63,149 bases of DNA, filler included, from Globobulimina sp. (GCA_003354225.1; 22 parts of 22 records of this genome joined end to end with filler, not necessarily neighbours in it); one strand, 5' to 3'; shown: positions 12,868 to 25,621, numbered from the whole stretch's first letter. Program-made: numbers and translations. Notes: generated by a model not told the origin, from the sequence alone.

Positions 12868-13846
12868 ATGTCGTTAAAATTGTCTCCAGATATCCTCGAA
12901 AACATAAAACAAATTGACCAACGAACCAAAACAGTCGTAGCTGGATACATCCATCGATTACAACGCACTCTAAAACTAGTCGATTTCAGTGATTCTGAGT
13001 ATACAATCCTAGCCACAATAACACTATTTTATTATATCGACAATGAGAAATCATTGCTATTTTCAAATATATATAACATGTTTCTGGATCCAGAATTTTG
13101 TGGCATTGACATTGAATTATCTCAATGGTATTCTTCCGTGCAACACAACCTTCATTTCACTGGCAACCAAGACCAAGAAAAGCAGATATTTGATTATATG
13201 GATAGTGATCGAGATGGATGGGTCCATAAAAGTGATTTTGTAATCTTCACAACCTCACACTTTCAAGACAAAAAAATGCAAAAATTACAGACATTATTAC
13301 TCAATGCAATCGATACAGACATACATAGCCAGAAATACATAGACATAAAGCACAGAGCTGATAGTTCCAGAAAGCAGCGCTTATCCAAAGTTGAGTGAAT
13401 GTGTATATTTTAATGTAATTTGCTGCAGAAACATGTATGATATTTCCCAGTTGGATAAGCATTGCCAAATGGTCCGTTGTGGCATTATTCCTCGCTTGCA
13501 AGACGAAGCACAGTTGTTTGACGGCAAAAATGTAAGGAATTGGGTCATCCACCAAGTCATCAATTGGATGGACCATATTGGTATGGAAAAATATTCGAAA
13601 TGTTTTGTAGATTATGAGCGTCCAATGAGTGGGCAAAGAATATTAAATTATAAAAATATATATCAATTTAGGTTGGAAATAGATTTTGAGATCGACACTT
13701 TTGATGCTTTATATATTGTACAGCAGATTGATACGTTGCGGACGTTGTTGCCAAAGGATGATAAGAATATTGATTATGTGGAAGAGGCAAAATGGTTGCA
13801 AGGTTCCTTCAGATTATTAAATCTTAAATATTTTAATGATATATAG
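12868..13846 (+). CDS. GYI-module + EF-hand + SAM domain protein, spliced
   Basis: EF loop DSDRDGWVHKSDF; likely intron 13390-13450; SAM-like W..HQVINWMDHIGMEKYSKCF..MSGQRIL. Confidence 0.7.
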
Positions 13847-14414
13847 TTGTTTTGTTTTTTTAATGATAGATATTCTGTAAATATGGTTAAATATTAATTA
13901 ATGATTATAAGTATTAGTTATATATTGATTTAAATTTATTTTTTTTTTATTGGTATACATATTGATGTAATTTTATTTTTTAACAATTTTATTGATGACT
14001 AGTTTTTTTTTTGTGTGCAAATAACAAAGTAATGTAATATAGCGTATTTATCCTGGTACCCTATTTTATATTGTTTGAATGGTAACGCAAAGCACCGCCA
14101 ACAGCTTTTATGTATACAAATATCCGACCATTGGATGTAGACTGTACATCAGATATCTGGCTGTGTATCACTTTCAAACATTACTGCACATCTTTTTCTA
14201 TTTTGTGTGCAGTTTTCGGATTATATCTCAACTTAATTTTAAAAACTTTACCAAAAAAAAACTGTTGTTCCACAATTCTCTCANNNNNNNNNNNNNNNNN
14301 NNNNNNNNNNNNNNNNNNNNNNNNNNNTTAATTAATTAANNNNNNNNNNNNNNNNNNNNNNNNNNNNNNNNNNNNNNNNNNNNGCCGGATTGGTACCATC
14401 TAGCTTTGATTCGA

Positions 14415-17159
14415 ATGGAGTCCAAACAAGACAGTGTAGCACAGAAAATGCCTAAATTATCTCGTCAAACATCAGTGGCCGAAATTGAAATTGAAAAAAC
14501 ATGTTCTATGATTGCAACCGCCTGCAAATTACGCAAGAAATGGTTATATGCAAATATAAAACAAAACGGACATATCGGCTCATTGGTTCATGACAAAGAT
14601 ATATCATTGGATGTGGATAGAATGAGGCATATTTTACCCAAATCATTGCAAAGCAAATATTCTTTTGAATTTATAGATGGAGTGACTAGAATATATACGC
14701 AAGAAAATGAAATATTAGAATTATATTCCTTTGATGAATACATTGAAGACTTACAATTTATTTACAAATTAATGGCATTTGGTCCAGCTAAGACACTCTG
14801 CTATAAAAGATTAAAAATCTTACAATGCAGATTTAAGTTACATTTATTATTAAACAACGAAGTGGAAGCTACAGAATCGCATAGTGTCCCATATAGAGAT
14901 TTTTATAATGTGCGCAAGATTGATAATCACATCCATCACTCCGCCTGTATGCACCAGAAACATTTATTGCGTTTTATCAAAGATAAATATAAAACGGAGC
15001 CAAACAAGATTGTAAATAAAGAAAATAAAACATTAAAACAAGTATTTGACGAATTACATATTAATATCCAGCAGTTATCTGTGGATAAATTAGATGTTCA
15101 TGCACAGCAATCGACATTTCAAAGGTTTGACAAATTCAATGCTAAATATAACCCAATGGGTAGGTCCATCTTTTTCTTTTTATAGAGTGAGGTTTATAAT
15201 ATTTTGTATTAAAATACAGGACAAAGACCGTTACGGACATTGTTTTTAAAGATAGACAATGAGATAAATGGTGAATTTTTAGCAGGTATTACAAAAGAAG
15301 TGTTTGCTGATTTACAGTATCAAAAGTATCAATTTTGTGAGTATCGATTGAGTATTTATGGTAAAAAACGGAGCGAATGGGATATTGTCAGTGATTGGAT
15401 ATGTAACAATAATTTGCATTGCTCGCAGGTCAGATGGTTGATACAAATACCACGCATATATCCTGTATTTAAAAAGTCCAATTTATTGACCTGTTTCGAT
15501 GATATGTTATCCAATATATTTTCGCCATTATTTGAAGTGACTATAAATCCATCATCCCATCCATCATTGCATTTATTCTTATCATTAGTGGTTGGCTTTG
15601 ATAGCGTCGATGATGAATCCATACCAGAATCGATGGCAAATAGCAAATGTCCAACCCCGGCGAATTATAACATGGATAGTAATCCACCATACATTTATTA
15701 TATGTATTATATGTGGGTTAATATCTATAAATTGAATAAATTGAGAGAAGAACGAGGGTTTAATACATTTGCATTGAGACCGCATAGTGGCGAAGCTGGC
15801 TCATTAAATCATTTGGCCTCTGCTTTTCTAGTGGCACAATCTATAAATCATGGCATACGATTAAGGTATTTTTATCCCGTTTCGTTTCCCAAAAACGTTT
15901 AATTTGTACGTATATATTTCAGATATTCCCCAATATTGCAATATTTATATTATTTGGAACAGATTGGTTTATCCGTCTCGCCATTATCCAATAACATTTT
16001 ATTTGAAGAATATGATCGGAACCCATTCCCATTGTTTTTCGAACGCGGATTGAATGTGACATTGTCATCGGATGATCCATTGTTGATTCATTACACAAAG
16101 GATGCACTGTTGGAAGAATATTCCATTGCAGCACAAGTCTATAATTTGTCGTCAATCGACTTGAGTGAAATTGCGAGGAACAGTGTGATACAAAGTGGAT
16201 GGGACGAAGCATCGAAGCAGGAATGGATTGGTTTTAATTATAAAGATAAAGATGGTGCGGCGGCTAATGATATTTACAGAACCAATGTACCAAACTCAAG
16301 GTTACAATTTCGATGTTTATTATTGAAAGAAGAGCGAACATTTATTAAATCCCGAGGGAAAAAGGTATTGTCCAAATCAAGGTTTTTTAGTCAAGCTCGA
16401 ATTAGCCAAAGTATCGATATTTTATCCGGCACAGACTCTGACGATGCATATGATGATGAGATACAAAGTCAAAATAAAAAAATGCCAACGGACTTGCCTC
16501 GGTTACTTCCAATGCAATCGCGAAAATCTTGGGATACGGATGAAGAAAAGGAGGAGATGGAGGAGATTGAGGAAGAGAAAGAACAGAAAATTATAAATAA
16601 TATCGATGGTTTGTTAGAAATGATTGATTCGCTGTATGTTAATATTGATATTGATATAAAAGACTTAGATTTTAAAGATAAACATAATAAACTTCTATAT
16701 AAACCGCAATATAATTATAAAAATGGCAAACATTTATACGTTCAAACCCCATTTGGAAAGGGATATATTTTGAGTGAAAGCAATTTGTATTGTACGGTAA
16801 ATATGGATAATATGATTGCGTCTGTTTTAAAAACACGGTGTAAAGTAATCCATAATAAGGAGGAACACGACAATGATTTAGCATTGTCATTGAGAGATAT
16901 ATGCGACAGTGATTTAGAACGTGTGTATGAATTGGAAGTGCGTTCATATCCATTGGATGAGGTAGTAAGTCGCGAGAAGTTATTTTACAGATTCATTTTT
17001 GCGAGAAAATATTTTAAAGTGCTGACGTTAAATGGAAGTGTGATTGGATTTATTTGTGGGACAAAAGCAAAGCAATCGGTGTTAACTGATGAAACGATGA
17101 GTGTTCATGATAGAAAAGGAAAACATTTATGTATTTATTCGGTTGTCGTTGATGATAAA
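14415..17159 (+). CDS. AMPD: AMP deaminase with fused C-terminal GNAT (AANAT/Paa1-like) domain; 3' truncated
   Basis: RDFYNVRKIDNHIHHSACM, FQRFDKFNAKYNP, GFDSVDDES, LRPHSGEAG, SPLSNN and LSSDDPL. Introns 15160-15219 and 15866-15922. The last exon runs uninterrupted into a GNAT-like sequence. Confidence 0.93.
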
Positions 17160-17259
17160 NNNNNNNNNNNNNNNNNNNNNNNNNNNNNNNNNNNNNNNNN
17201 NNNTTAATTAATTAANNNNNNNNNNNNNNNNNNNNNNNNNNNNNNNNNNNNNNNNNNNN

Positions 17260-17914
17260 ACCACAAAATGGGAGATTCCATAGTGTTTATAGTGCGTTCT
17301 TGATTCAATTGGAGAAGTTTGAGAATGCGAAACCACATTTTGAGAAAAGTATAAAATATGATGCAAATAATATCGTATCGTTGAATAATTTAGGATGGAT
17401 TTTGTCGCTGACGCGATTTAGTCAATATCAACAGGCGAAAAATTATTTGAGTAAAGCAGCAAAGTTGCGACCAAAGAATGCCATCATTCAGTTCAATTTA
17501 GCGAGGTTATTGGCGCATGCTTTTGGTGATGAACAAATTCAAAATGCTAAAAGATATTATTTGGCGGCTTTGATGAATGATAATGCGAATTGTCATATAC
17601 ATTATTTTTATGCGTTATTTTTAAGATTTATTGTCAAAGATAATGAGTCGGCAAAACAACATTTGGAAAAATCAAAACAGTGTTTAGCTGCAGCCATGTC
17701 TGATAATGAAGAATTTAGTGATGTGGCATTTGAAGTGAATGGGTATATTGAACATGCTAAAATATTGCAACACGAATCGCGATTTAAAGCCGCAAGATTT
17801 TTGTTGCAACGTGCTGCGAAATTGGATATTACAAAAAAAAGAGAGATTTCACAATTATTGCAACATATACAAGAGGAGGAAAGAGAATTGGATATGTTAA
17901 AAAGGGGATATTGA
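17260..17914 (+). CDS. TPR-repeat protein, 3' part
   Basis: Repeated A..HFEKSI..D.NN..SLNNLG and A..YL.KA..L.P.N..IQFNLA patterns. Confidence 0.85.
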
Positions 17915-18456
17915 ATGTTTTGTTTTTTGTTTGTTTTGTAACATTCCGTAAGACTAATAATCACCTTCTGGTCTACCAGACAACCACAGACGAAACAAAT
18001 AATTGCGAGACGCGATCGTTTCCCGGACATTCAGACACAAACCACCGGAAATTCAGCCCTACAAAAATCAGCAAAAAAATGGAAATATAAGTACCATATA
18101 TATATATATAATATAAAAATTATAACAATTTTAGAAATAAGATTTTGGGGTCAATTTGTAATTGTGAGCGTACCATCACATCAAATGAATGCATTTAATA
18201 TGAGGAATCAAAACAATAAGAAAAACAACAAAGAAAAAACAACACAGACGCAAAAAAAATTTCTATTTACGAATATTTCTGCAAACTATAATAATAAAAT
18301 AAAATAAAAACATACGAATACCAAAAAACCTGGCACTATGTACCTTGATTTTTGGAGGGAATGTGTTAAATGTAAATTGAAAACTATTATAAATAGGAAT
18401 CACAAGCTAGCTTGTTTGGAATTGTCATGTGTCATTTTTCATTTCTCATTTTCAAT

Positions 18457-19667
18457 TCAATCTGCTCTTTTTTTCTTTCTTCTCGTTCTTTTCCTTCGTT
18501 TTCGTTGTTTATGTGTTTTGCTAATAGCAATTTCAGGATGTAAACCAGCAATAACTTCTGTATCATAATATGTGTCCAAATGTGAATATTTGTGGGTGGT
18601 AAATTCTTGAGTTGGGATTAAAAAACCACAATTTTTGCATAAAATCACCAAAAATGATCCGAGTGAAACAGCAATGAATAAGGAAATGATTTGATACGGC
18701 AATGATAATTGCATGAAATCATTGGTTAAAAATGAATACATTTGAAATGGCCGGAAATAATATGATAAGTATAGCAAACACCCAAACACACAAAAGCAGC
18801 CAATGTGGAATTGTGTATCTTGAGATATTTCACCATTGTTTAATGACTGCGTCTTATTGAAAATATAAATGGCAGCAACTATCGGAGAGAATGCAAACAG
18901 CGACAACACTGATTTTTGAACAGACTCATTTTCTAAAAAAAATACATGTGTTAAAAAATAAAAGGTTGAAAACCAGACAGCACATCCGGACAAACGAAAT
19001 AATTGCGGCGAATTTACATAAATACCAAACCATACAAATAATGCCATGATTGTACCAATAAGTAATGTTAAACCATGGCCATTGTCATTTGCATTGTCAT
19101 TGATGGCGGCGGTGCTGCTGCTGCTTTTATTCATTAATTCAGCCATAAAGGAGCCGTTGCTCACCACCGCCATGGATGATGCTAAATTATTATTGCTTGC
19201 GAGCACATTATTCGCTATGGGTTGGGTGTAAGGATATTATTTTTGTACATAATCAAATCAGATTTAGATACTAAACTCGTTTGTTGTGGGCCTTGGGGCT
19301 GGATTTGAGTGTGAGGTGTTTGTGTTGGGTCATTATATTGCAATTGTGATAATATGTCGGTGGCTATGTTATGCGTTTCGAGATTGTATAATAATCCGCA
19401 TTCATAACATAAACAATGTTTATGTGGAACATGATTTGGACATAAAAATATTAATCCTTCATCGTTTGCGTGTTTTGGGTGTAATTCTATGTATAATCCA
19501 CATTTTTGACAATTTAAATGATGATAGGATAATAAAGTTTTGGTGTATAAATTGTGAATTGGCGTGGTCGAAAGTGATGTGTTATTATACGGCTGCACGT
19601 GACGTTTACAATATTCACACGATGTAAAGTCTTCATCGTCGTTAATATCTAAGATAATCACAGGCAT
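18457..19667 (-). CDS. Cys-rich zinc-finger-like domain + multi-TM hypothetical protein, spliced
   Basis: Intron 19215-19276 (GTTTAG..TAG) fuses ORF 19215-19667 (CxxC motifs) with ORF 18457-19206 (about 5 TM helices, basic tail). Confidence 0.65.
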
Positions 19668-19884
19668 AATGTCAATAACACAGAGATGTAGACAAAGGAC
19701 TACAGATAGCTAAGGATGGTAAAAATGAAGAAAAAGTTTTGTGCTATTTTTACTGGCGGGGGATTTAAATAACACGCATAATCGCATAATTAGGAAGAAA
19801 ATACACAGCTGCCATTTGTGGTTGTTGTCACTTTTGTGACACGACTGTATATTTCGATTAAATAAAAAAGTGTTTCATAGCAAT

Positions 19885-20035
19885 TCATGCAAAAGCAAAT
19901 GGACCAAAACGGTGTGTTTGTCCCTTAGCTTTAAAATGTTTGATCAATAACGACAAATCAAATAAATGTCTCATAGTGGGTCTACCGTGCGGACAGTTCC
20001 ATGGTTGATCCAATGTACAAATATTATCCACAACC
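19885..20035 (-). CDS. PMS2: PMS2/MutL endonuclease C-terminus (3' fragment; not in ORF track)
   Basis: Reads VVDNICTLDQPWNCPHGRPTMRHLFDL..AFA*. PWNCPHGRPTMRHL is the PMS2 zinc-binding signature. Confidence 0.9.
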
Positions 20036-20253
20036 NNNNNNNNNNNNNNNNNNNNNNNNNNNNNNNNNNNNNNNNNNNNTTAATTAATTAANNNNNNNNN
20101 NNNNNNNNNNNNNNNNNNNNNNNNNNNNNNNNNNNCAATGACATAATACACAAAATAGGCTGCGATTTTCTTCCTCGTTGGGATGCAAACTTTGTAAACC
20201 CCGTCGCTTCCAATAAAATAAATGTAACCATATCACCAGATTCGCGAGTAATC

Positions 20254-22911
20254 GTGGGTGTCCTTTCTCAAATATGCGAGCCGCGCAGATATGACAGCAT
20301 AACTACACCGAATGTCTGTATTGCTCCCAAGCTCAACACACCAAATGTGTTACCATACTTTATTGTGGATTGCAAAGATTTGCAAATTAAATTAAATCGC
20401 TATCAAATAGAACATCCAACCTATTACAGATACGATAGCACCGCCAATAGACATGTCATGTATGGGCAGGACAATTATTTGCGAGGTTGGTCGTTGGACG
20501 CATCGAATGATTTAATTAATTGGACCCGAATCCATTCTGTAAGTTTCGCAGAAATAGGAACGGAAACTTATTCATACACTGCCAACTGTGTACGGGGCGA
20601 TGTCAACTGGAATAACGAAAATAACTCATTTTACACCAAATATAGATTTAGAATGACACGCAAAAATTCTGACGGCGTCTCATTGTTAAAAATGCGCTCT
20701 TTCCAATTATACGGAAGCATTCGGAGAAGAATTGAAAATAAAGCACGTATTAACGAACATATTGCCATTGACAATTTCCCTGCAATTTCATCAAAGAAAT
20801 GTTTGGGTGATATTTCCAATGTGTTTGCCATATTAAATGAGTTTGATGGTATTCAGCACAATGAATGCAAGGAATATATGGACGATGTGCCACATTTAAA
20901 AGTGCAGCTAAAGGACTACCAACGGAGCGGTTTGCAATGGATGTTAGATATGGAAAATAATGGCAATGCGGATGGCATTCATGGCGGACTAATTTGCGAT
21001 GAAATGGGTTTGGGCAAAACAGTACAAATTATTGCTTTGATGCTGGTCCAATCACAACAGTCAGAAACAAGAGACCGATCCATTATTATTACGCCGCTCT
21101 CGTTGATCGACCAATGGATCCAGGAAATCAAAAAAATAGCAGGTCCGGACACATTTGAATATATTAATTATTATGGCAGCAATCGTAAGAAATTGAAGAA
21201 ATGCGATTTTGATGACTGTGATATTGTATTTAGTACAACCGCAACTTTTGCAAACGGCATTGGTAAACTGGAGCGTGTTTATGATCATTGGAAAGGTGAA
21301 TATTGGACAAAAACAAACAAACAAGAGCTTATATTCAAATTACCAGCAAATTACTTTAGCCGCATTGTCATTGACGAATCGCACGAGATTAAGAACACGC
21401 AATCGAACCGATCCAACGCCATTTGTACCTTCTCTTTGCGTTGTAGGTCAAGGTGGTGCCTCACCGGCACGCCCATCAAAAGCAACATCATCTCTGACCT
21501 GGCGGGAATGGTCAGGTTTTTAGGGATTACACATTCAGAATATCAGGATTCATTGAAATTGAGTATGGCTGAAAAAACAAATGAGTTAAAAGTGCGTGGC
21601 TCTATGAACACGAGCAAGAGAAATAACTTTTGGTTGGATCTAAACCACGAATATTGCATACACAAAATTGAAGATTATTTGCAAAAGATAATGATTCGAA
21701 GAACTAAGCAGCAGGTTTTACACAATGGCTTTGTGGAAAAAGAAGAGATTGTCATAAAATGCGAATTGAATGAAGAAGAACAAGTTATTTATGATAAAAA
21801 CGCAAATGAAGCAAAGCAGCAATATCAGCAATTTAAGAGAGAAAATATTGTAATGGGCAAATATTTGTATTTATTGAGAATGTTAACCAAATTGCGACAG
21901 ATTTGCGATCATTGCAGTTTGGTATTTAATCGATGTGATGGCGCTGAAACTGATGGCATCAATACCAGCAATATAATGGATTTAGAATCAAATATTGATA
22001 TTTTGCAGAGAGTGGGGGAGCTAATAATTAGTCGCTTGAATGAAATGGAAAGTTTGATTGACTACGAATGTCCAATTTGTTATGAATTGTCTGAATTGAA
22101 TGGCGTGATGTTGTCAGATTGCGGCCATCTTTTTTGCAAAGAATGTGTAAGTGACTTATTAGCTCATCAACAGCAACAATGTCCAATGTGTCGCTCACGA
22201 TTTACACAGCGAAATGTGCTAAAAATTACACACATTTTGCAATCAAAACAATTGGATGAGAGACATTTGGAAGAATTTGAAAAATATCAAAATGATGAGA
22301 AGAATGAAGATAAGGTTTGTGATAATAAGAAATATGATAATTATGAAGAATTTGTGCGGAAACATTCGGATTTATCATATATGTCATCCAAAATAAATGC
22401 ATTGATTGAGAGATTAAATTATATTTTTCAACATCACCAAAATGATAAAGTCTTAGTTTTCTCCAATTTTACAAACATGTTCAATATAATCAGTCGGAAA
22501 TTAAGCATAGAAAATATAGACCATTTACAATTTCATGGTTCCATGAATCGCAAACAAAGGAAAGTGATTTTGGATGAATTTCAAAATGAAGACAAGTATA
22601 ATGTTTTGTTGATATCTGCGAAATGTGCGTCGGTCGGATTAAATTTAATGTGTGCAAATCATGTCATCTTTTTAGAGCCGCGATGTAATGTTGGTTTGGA
22701 TAATCAGGCAATTGGCAGAGTTTGGAGAATTGGACAAACTAAAAAAGTATATGTTACCCGATTAATTTTTAAAAACACTGTGGAAGAAACTATATTAAAA
22801 TTGCAACAACATAAAGGAAATAATGAGTTGAATTCAAACGTAGTAGATTTAAAACAAAAATCAAAATTAAATGAAGAAGATTATGATATTATATTTGCAT
22901 ATGATGATGCT
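20254..22911 (+). CDS. Rad5/Rad16-like SNF2 ATPase with RING finger and N-terminal F5/8C (discoidin)-like domain
   Basis: LKDYQ, GGLICDEMGLGKT, RIVIDESH, RWCLTGTP, LRQICDH, RING CPIC..CGHLFCKEC..CPMCR, KVLVFS and QAIGRVWRIGQ. Confidence 0.92.
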
Positions 22912-23011
22912 NNNNNNNNNNNNNNNNNNNNNNNNNNNNNNNNNNNNNNNNNNNNTTAATTAATTAANNNNNNNNNNNNNNNNNNNNNNNNNNNNNNNNN
23001 NNNNNNNNNNN

Positions 23012-23791
23012 ACTCAAGAACAATATTTATTTTTTAGTTATGTTGCCAGAGAATTAGATGATGCCGATGTTGGTAAAGGATATGCTGTGTTATGTCAGAA
23101 AGTAATACCTACCACAAATCCGTCAACATCACCTCATACAATAAATCCGTCAATATTTCCTACTGTAAATCCATCAATATTCCCAACTATAAATCCATCA
23201 ATAAATCCGTCAATATTTCCGACTATAAATCCAAGCATAAATCCGTCAAAGTCCCCTTCAAAAACACCAACAATGAGTCCCACTTTAAACCCATTGTTCT
23301 TTCCAACCACTACACCAATAGCAACAACAGAGAATGCAGCAGAAATTGTTGATTTTTCAACCACGAATCATTATAAAAATATAAATAATGATAAGGTTAA
23401 AGCTGGTGGTATTACGGCAAAGATGCTGATGATAATATTACCATCAATTATTATATTGTTATTATGTGTTATTGTATTATTTATAATTTGTATTTTTTAT
23501 CGTAAACATACCAAAGCGAAGCAAGTTAATGAACGTCGAACGAAGGAGGCGGTGATGGCTGCTTCTGTGCATTCAGAGAGTGATATCAATCCAGGAATTG
23601 TAATTGGAGAAAAAGTCGAATTATCGCATCAAGTGCGTCCACTTGCAAACATGATTACAATTACTACTCATTCAAATGCTAAAGAATCTTCATCGACAGG
23701 ATCAGCATCAAACGATCCGTTGGGAATGTATAGTAATCCTAAGGGTGAAGCAGGTGAACAAACAACTCAGTTTACAGCTGGTCATACATAA
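23012..23791 (+). CDS. C-type-lectin-like/PT-mucin/TM protein, copy 1 (5' truncated)
   Basis: Near-identical to the downstream paralog across EQYLFFSYVARELDDA..LCQKVIPT; PSI(N/F)PT repeats; TM helix. Confidence 0.8.
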   Translation, partial: TQEQYLFFSYVARELDDADVGKGYAVLCQKVIPTTNPSTSPHTINPSIFPTVNPSIFPTINPSINPSIFPTINPSINPSKSPSKTPTMSPTLNPLFFPTTTPIATTENAAEIVDFSTTNHYKNINNDKVKAGGITAKMLMIILPSIIILLLCVIVLFIICIFYRKHTKAKQVNERRTKEAVMAASVHSESDINPGIVIGEKVELSHQVRPLANMITITTHSNAKESSSTGSASNDPLGMYSNPKGEAGEQTTQFTAGHT

Positions 23792-23974
23792 TACGTACTG
23801 TTATAACGTGTCACATACATAATACTGTTATAATCCTAATATTCATTCTGTCTATATAAATATTTTGAATCTTTTTCGAGCGCACTTGTAGTGAGCTAGA
23901 ACACTATCCTATACAGAATACAAAAATAGAAAACTTTGTAGTGAGCTAGAACACTTCTATCACCTATCACCAAT

Positions 23975-25366
23975 ATGAACTCTGTGTTTGGCTGCTTTTT
24001 TCAGCTCCACATATTCTCGATTACGATTGTATTCTCACAAACATGGTACAATAACGAGACATTAGGGATTGCATATTTATATGATGCGACATGCACAGAT
24101 TGGCAAAAAACAACTGTTGATGCTTTGTGTATTTCATATAATGGAACCGCGGCATCTTTCCCTACAGCAGCGCATTGGCATTTTATTAATTCAATTATTG
24201 CAACTGAACCAGCTGGGGATTGTTATGAATATTCAAGTTCACCATATATTGGTATTGGCGCAGATGTCGTTGGAGCAAGTTGTCAACAGGCAGATAAAAA
24301 ATATACATATGAATATTGGAACGGTGAGGCATTCGATCCAAACATATTTGAATGGGGGAGTGGTAGACCTAATAATGACTGCACTAACGAACAATATTTA
24401 TTTTTTAGTTATGTTGCCAGAGAATTAGATGATGCCGCTGTTGGTAAAAACTATGCTGTGTTATGTCAGAAAGTAATACCTACCACAAATCCATCAAAAT
24501 CACCCACTAAAAATCCGTCAAAATCACCTACTATAAATCCGTCAAAATCACCCACTAAAAATCCGTCAAAACCACCCACTATAAATCCGTCAAAATCACC
24601 CACTATAAATCCATCAATATTCCCCACTATAAATCCGTCAATAAATCCATCGATATTCCCAACTATAAATCCGTCAATAAATCCATCAATAAATCCATCA
24701 ATAAATCCGTCAATATTTCCGACTATAAATCCAAGCATAAATCCGTCAAAATCCCCTTCAAAAACACCAACAATGAGTCCCACTTTAAACCCATCGTTCA
24801 TTCCAAGTCTTGGCCCATCTCATTATCCAACCACTAGACCAACAACAGAGAATGCTGCAGAAATTAATGATTTTACAACCACGAAGAATGAAATGAATAA
24901 TGATAAGGTTGAAGATGATGGTATTACGGCAAATACGTTGTTAATGGTAATATTATCATCAATTATTATATTGTTATTATGTATCCTTGTTTTTGTTATT
25001 TGTATTTTTTATCATAAATCCAAAGTGAAGCAATTAAATGAAACTCAAATGATGGCGGTGATGGCTGCTTCTTCTGTGCATTCAGAGAGTGAGGTCGCTT
25101 CAAATACGAACCGAAATAGTCCGGCATTGAGTAATATGAATACAGCAATTGTCAAAGGTGCAAAAGTTGCAAAAGTTGAATTGATTACATTTAGTAATCA
25201 TACAAATGTTCAGGATCAGGATCAAGATCAGAAAGAATTATCATTAACAGGATCAGGATCAAAATCAGGATCAGATGATTCGTTGGGAATGTATAGTGAC
25301 CATAATAATGAACAAGCAGCTCACGTTACAGCTGGCCATGGTGATAATGGCACGCCCGGTATTTGA
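23975..25366 (+). CDS. Signal peptide + C-type-lectin-like domain + PT-mucin stalk + TM, copy 2
   Basis: N-terminal hydrophobic signal; C..YNGTAASF..IGIG..WGSGRPNN..EQY..LDD..VLC (CTLD pattern); PSKSPTINPS repeats; TM helix. Confidence 0.8.
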   Translation: MNSVFGCFFQLHIFSITIVFSQTWYNNETLGIAYLYDATCTDWQKTTVDALCISYNGTAASFPTAAHWHFINSIIATEPAGDCYEYSSSPYIGIGADVVGASCQQADKKYTYEYWNGEAFDPNIFEWGSGRPNNDCTNEQYLFFSYVARELDDAAVGKNYAVLCQKVIPTTNPSKSPTKNPSKSPTINPSKSPTKNPSKPPTINPSKSPTINPSIFPTINPSINPSIFPTINPSINPSINPSINPSIFPTINPSINPSKSPSKTPTMSPTLNPSFIPSLGPSHYPTTRPTTENAAEINDFTTTKNEMNNDKVEDDGITANTLLMVILSSIIILLLCILVFVICIFYHKSKVKQLNETQMMAVMAASSVHSESEVASNTNRNSPALSNMNTAIVKGAKVAKVELITFSNHTNVQDQDQDQKELSLTGSGSKSGSDDSLGMYSDHNNEQAAHVTAGHGDNGTPGI

Positions 25367-25485
25367 TAGGGCTGACCATATATAATATTGATTCTGTATA
25401 TATAAATATTTTGAATCTTTTTCGAGTGCATGAAAAATTAAATATCAATTTTTAAAATAGCTAAGGAATCTCCAAACTGTGCATG

Positions 25486-25621
25486 CACTGAAGAGCATGA
25501 GGACCTTTGTCCATAAGTGTTCTATTTTTTGTATCCTCGCACTCAGTGCACAATTTCCCTTTATGTGCGAGGATAGAAAGAATAGAATACTTATGGACAA
25601 AGGTCCTCATCCTCTTGAGTG
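25486..25621 (+). repeat. Long near-perfect inverted repeat (57-bp arms, 22-nt loop); candidate pre-miRNA/hairpin RNA or MITE
   Basis: Arm 25486-25542 pairs with 25565-25621: 52 Watson-Crick pairs, 2 G-U, 3 single mismatches, no indels. Confidence 0.9.

Noticed and set aside
17940-18075. Moderately GC-rich intergenic patch as snRNA, RNase P or SRP RNA
   Set aside because: Only partial motif resemblance (an Sm-like ATTTTTG, AATTCAG), with no pairing partner or full signature.
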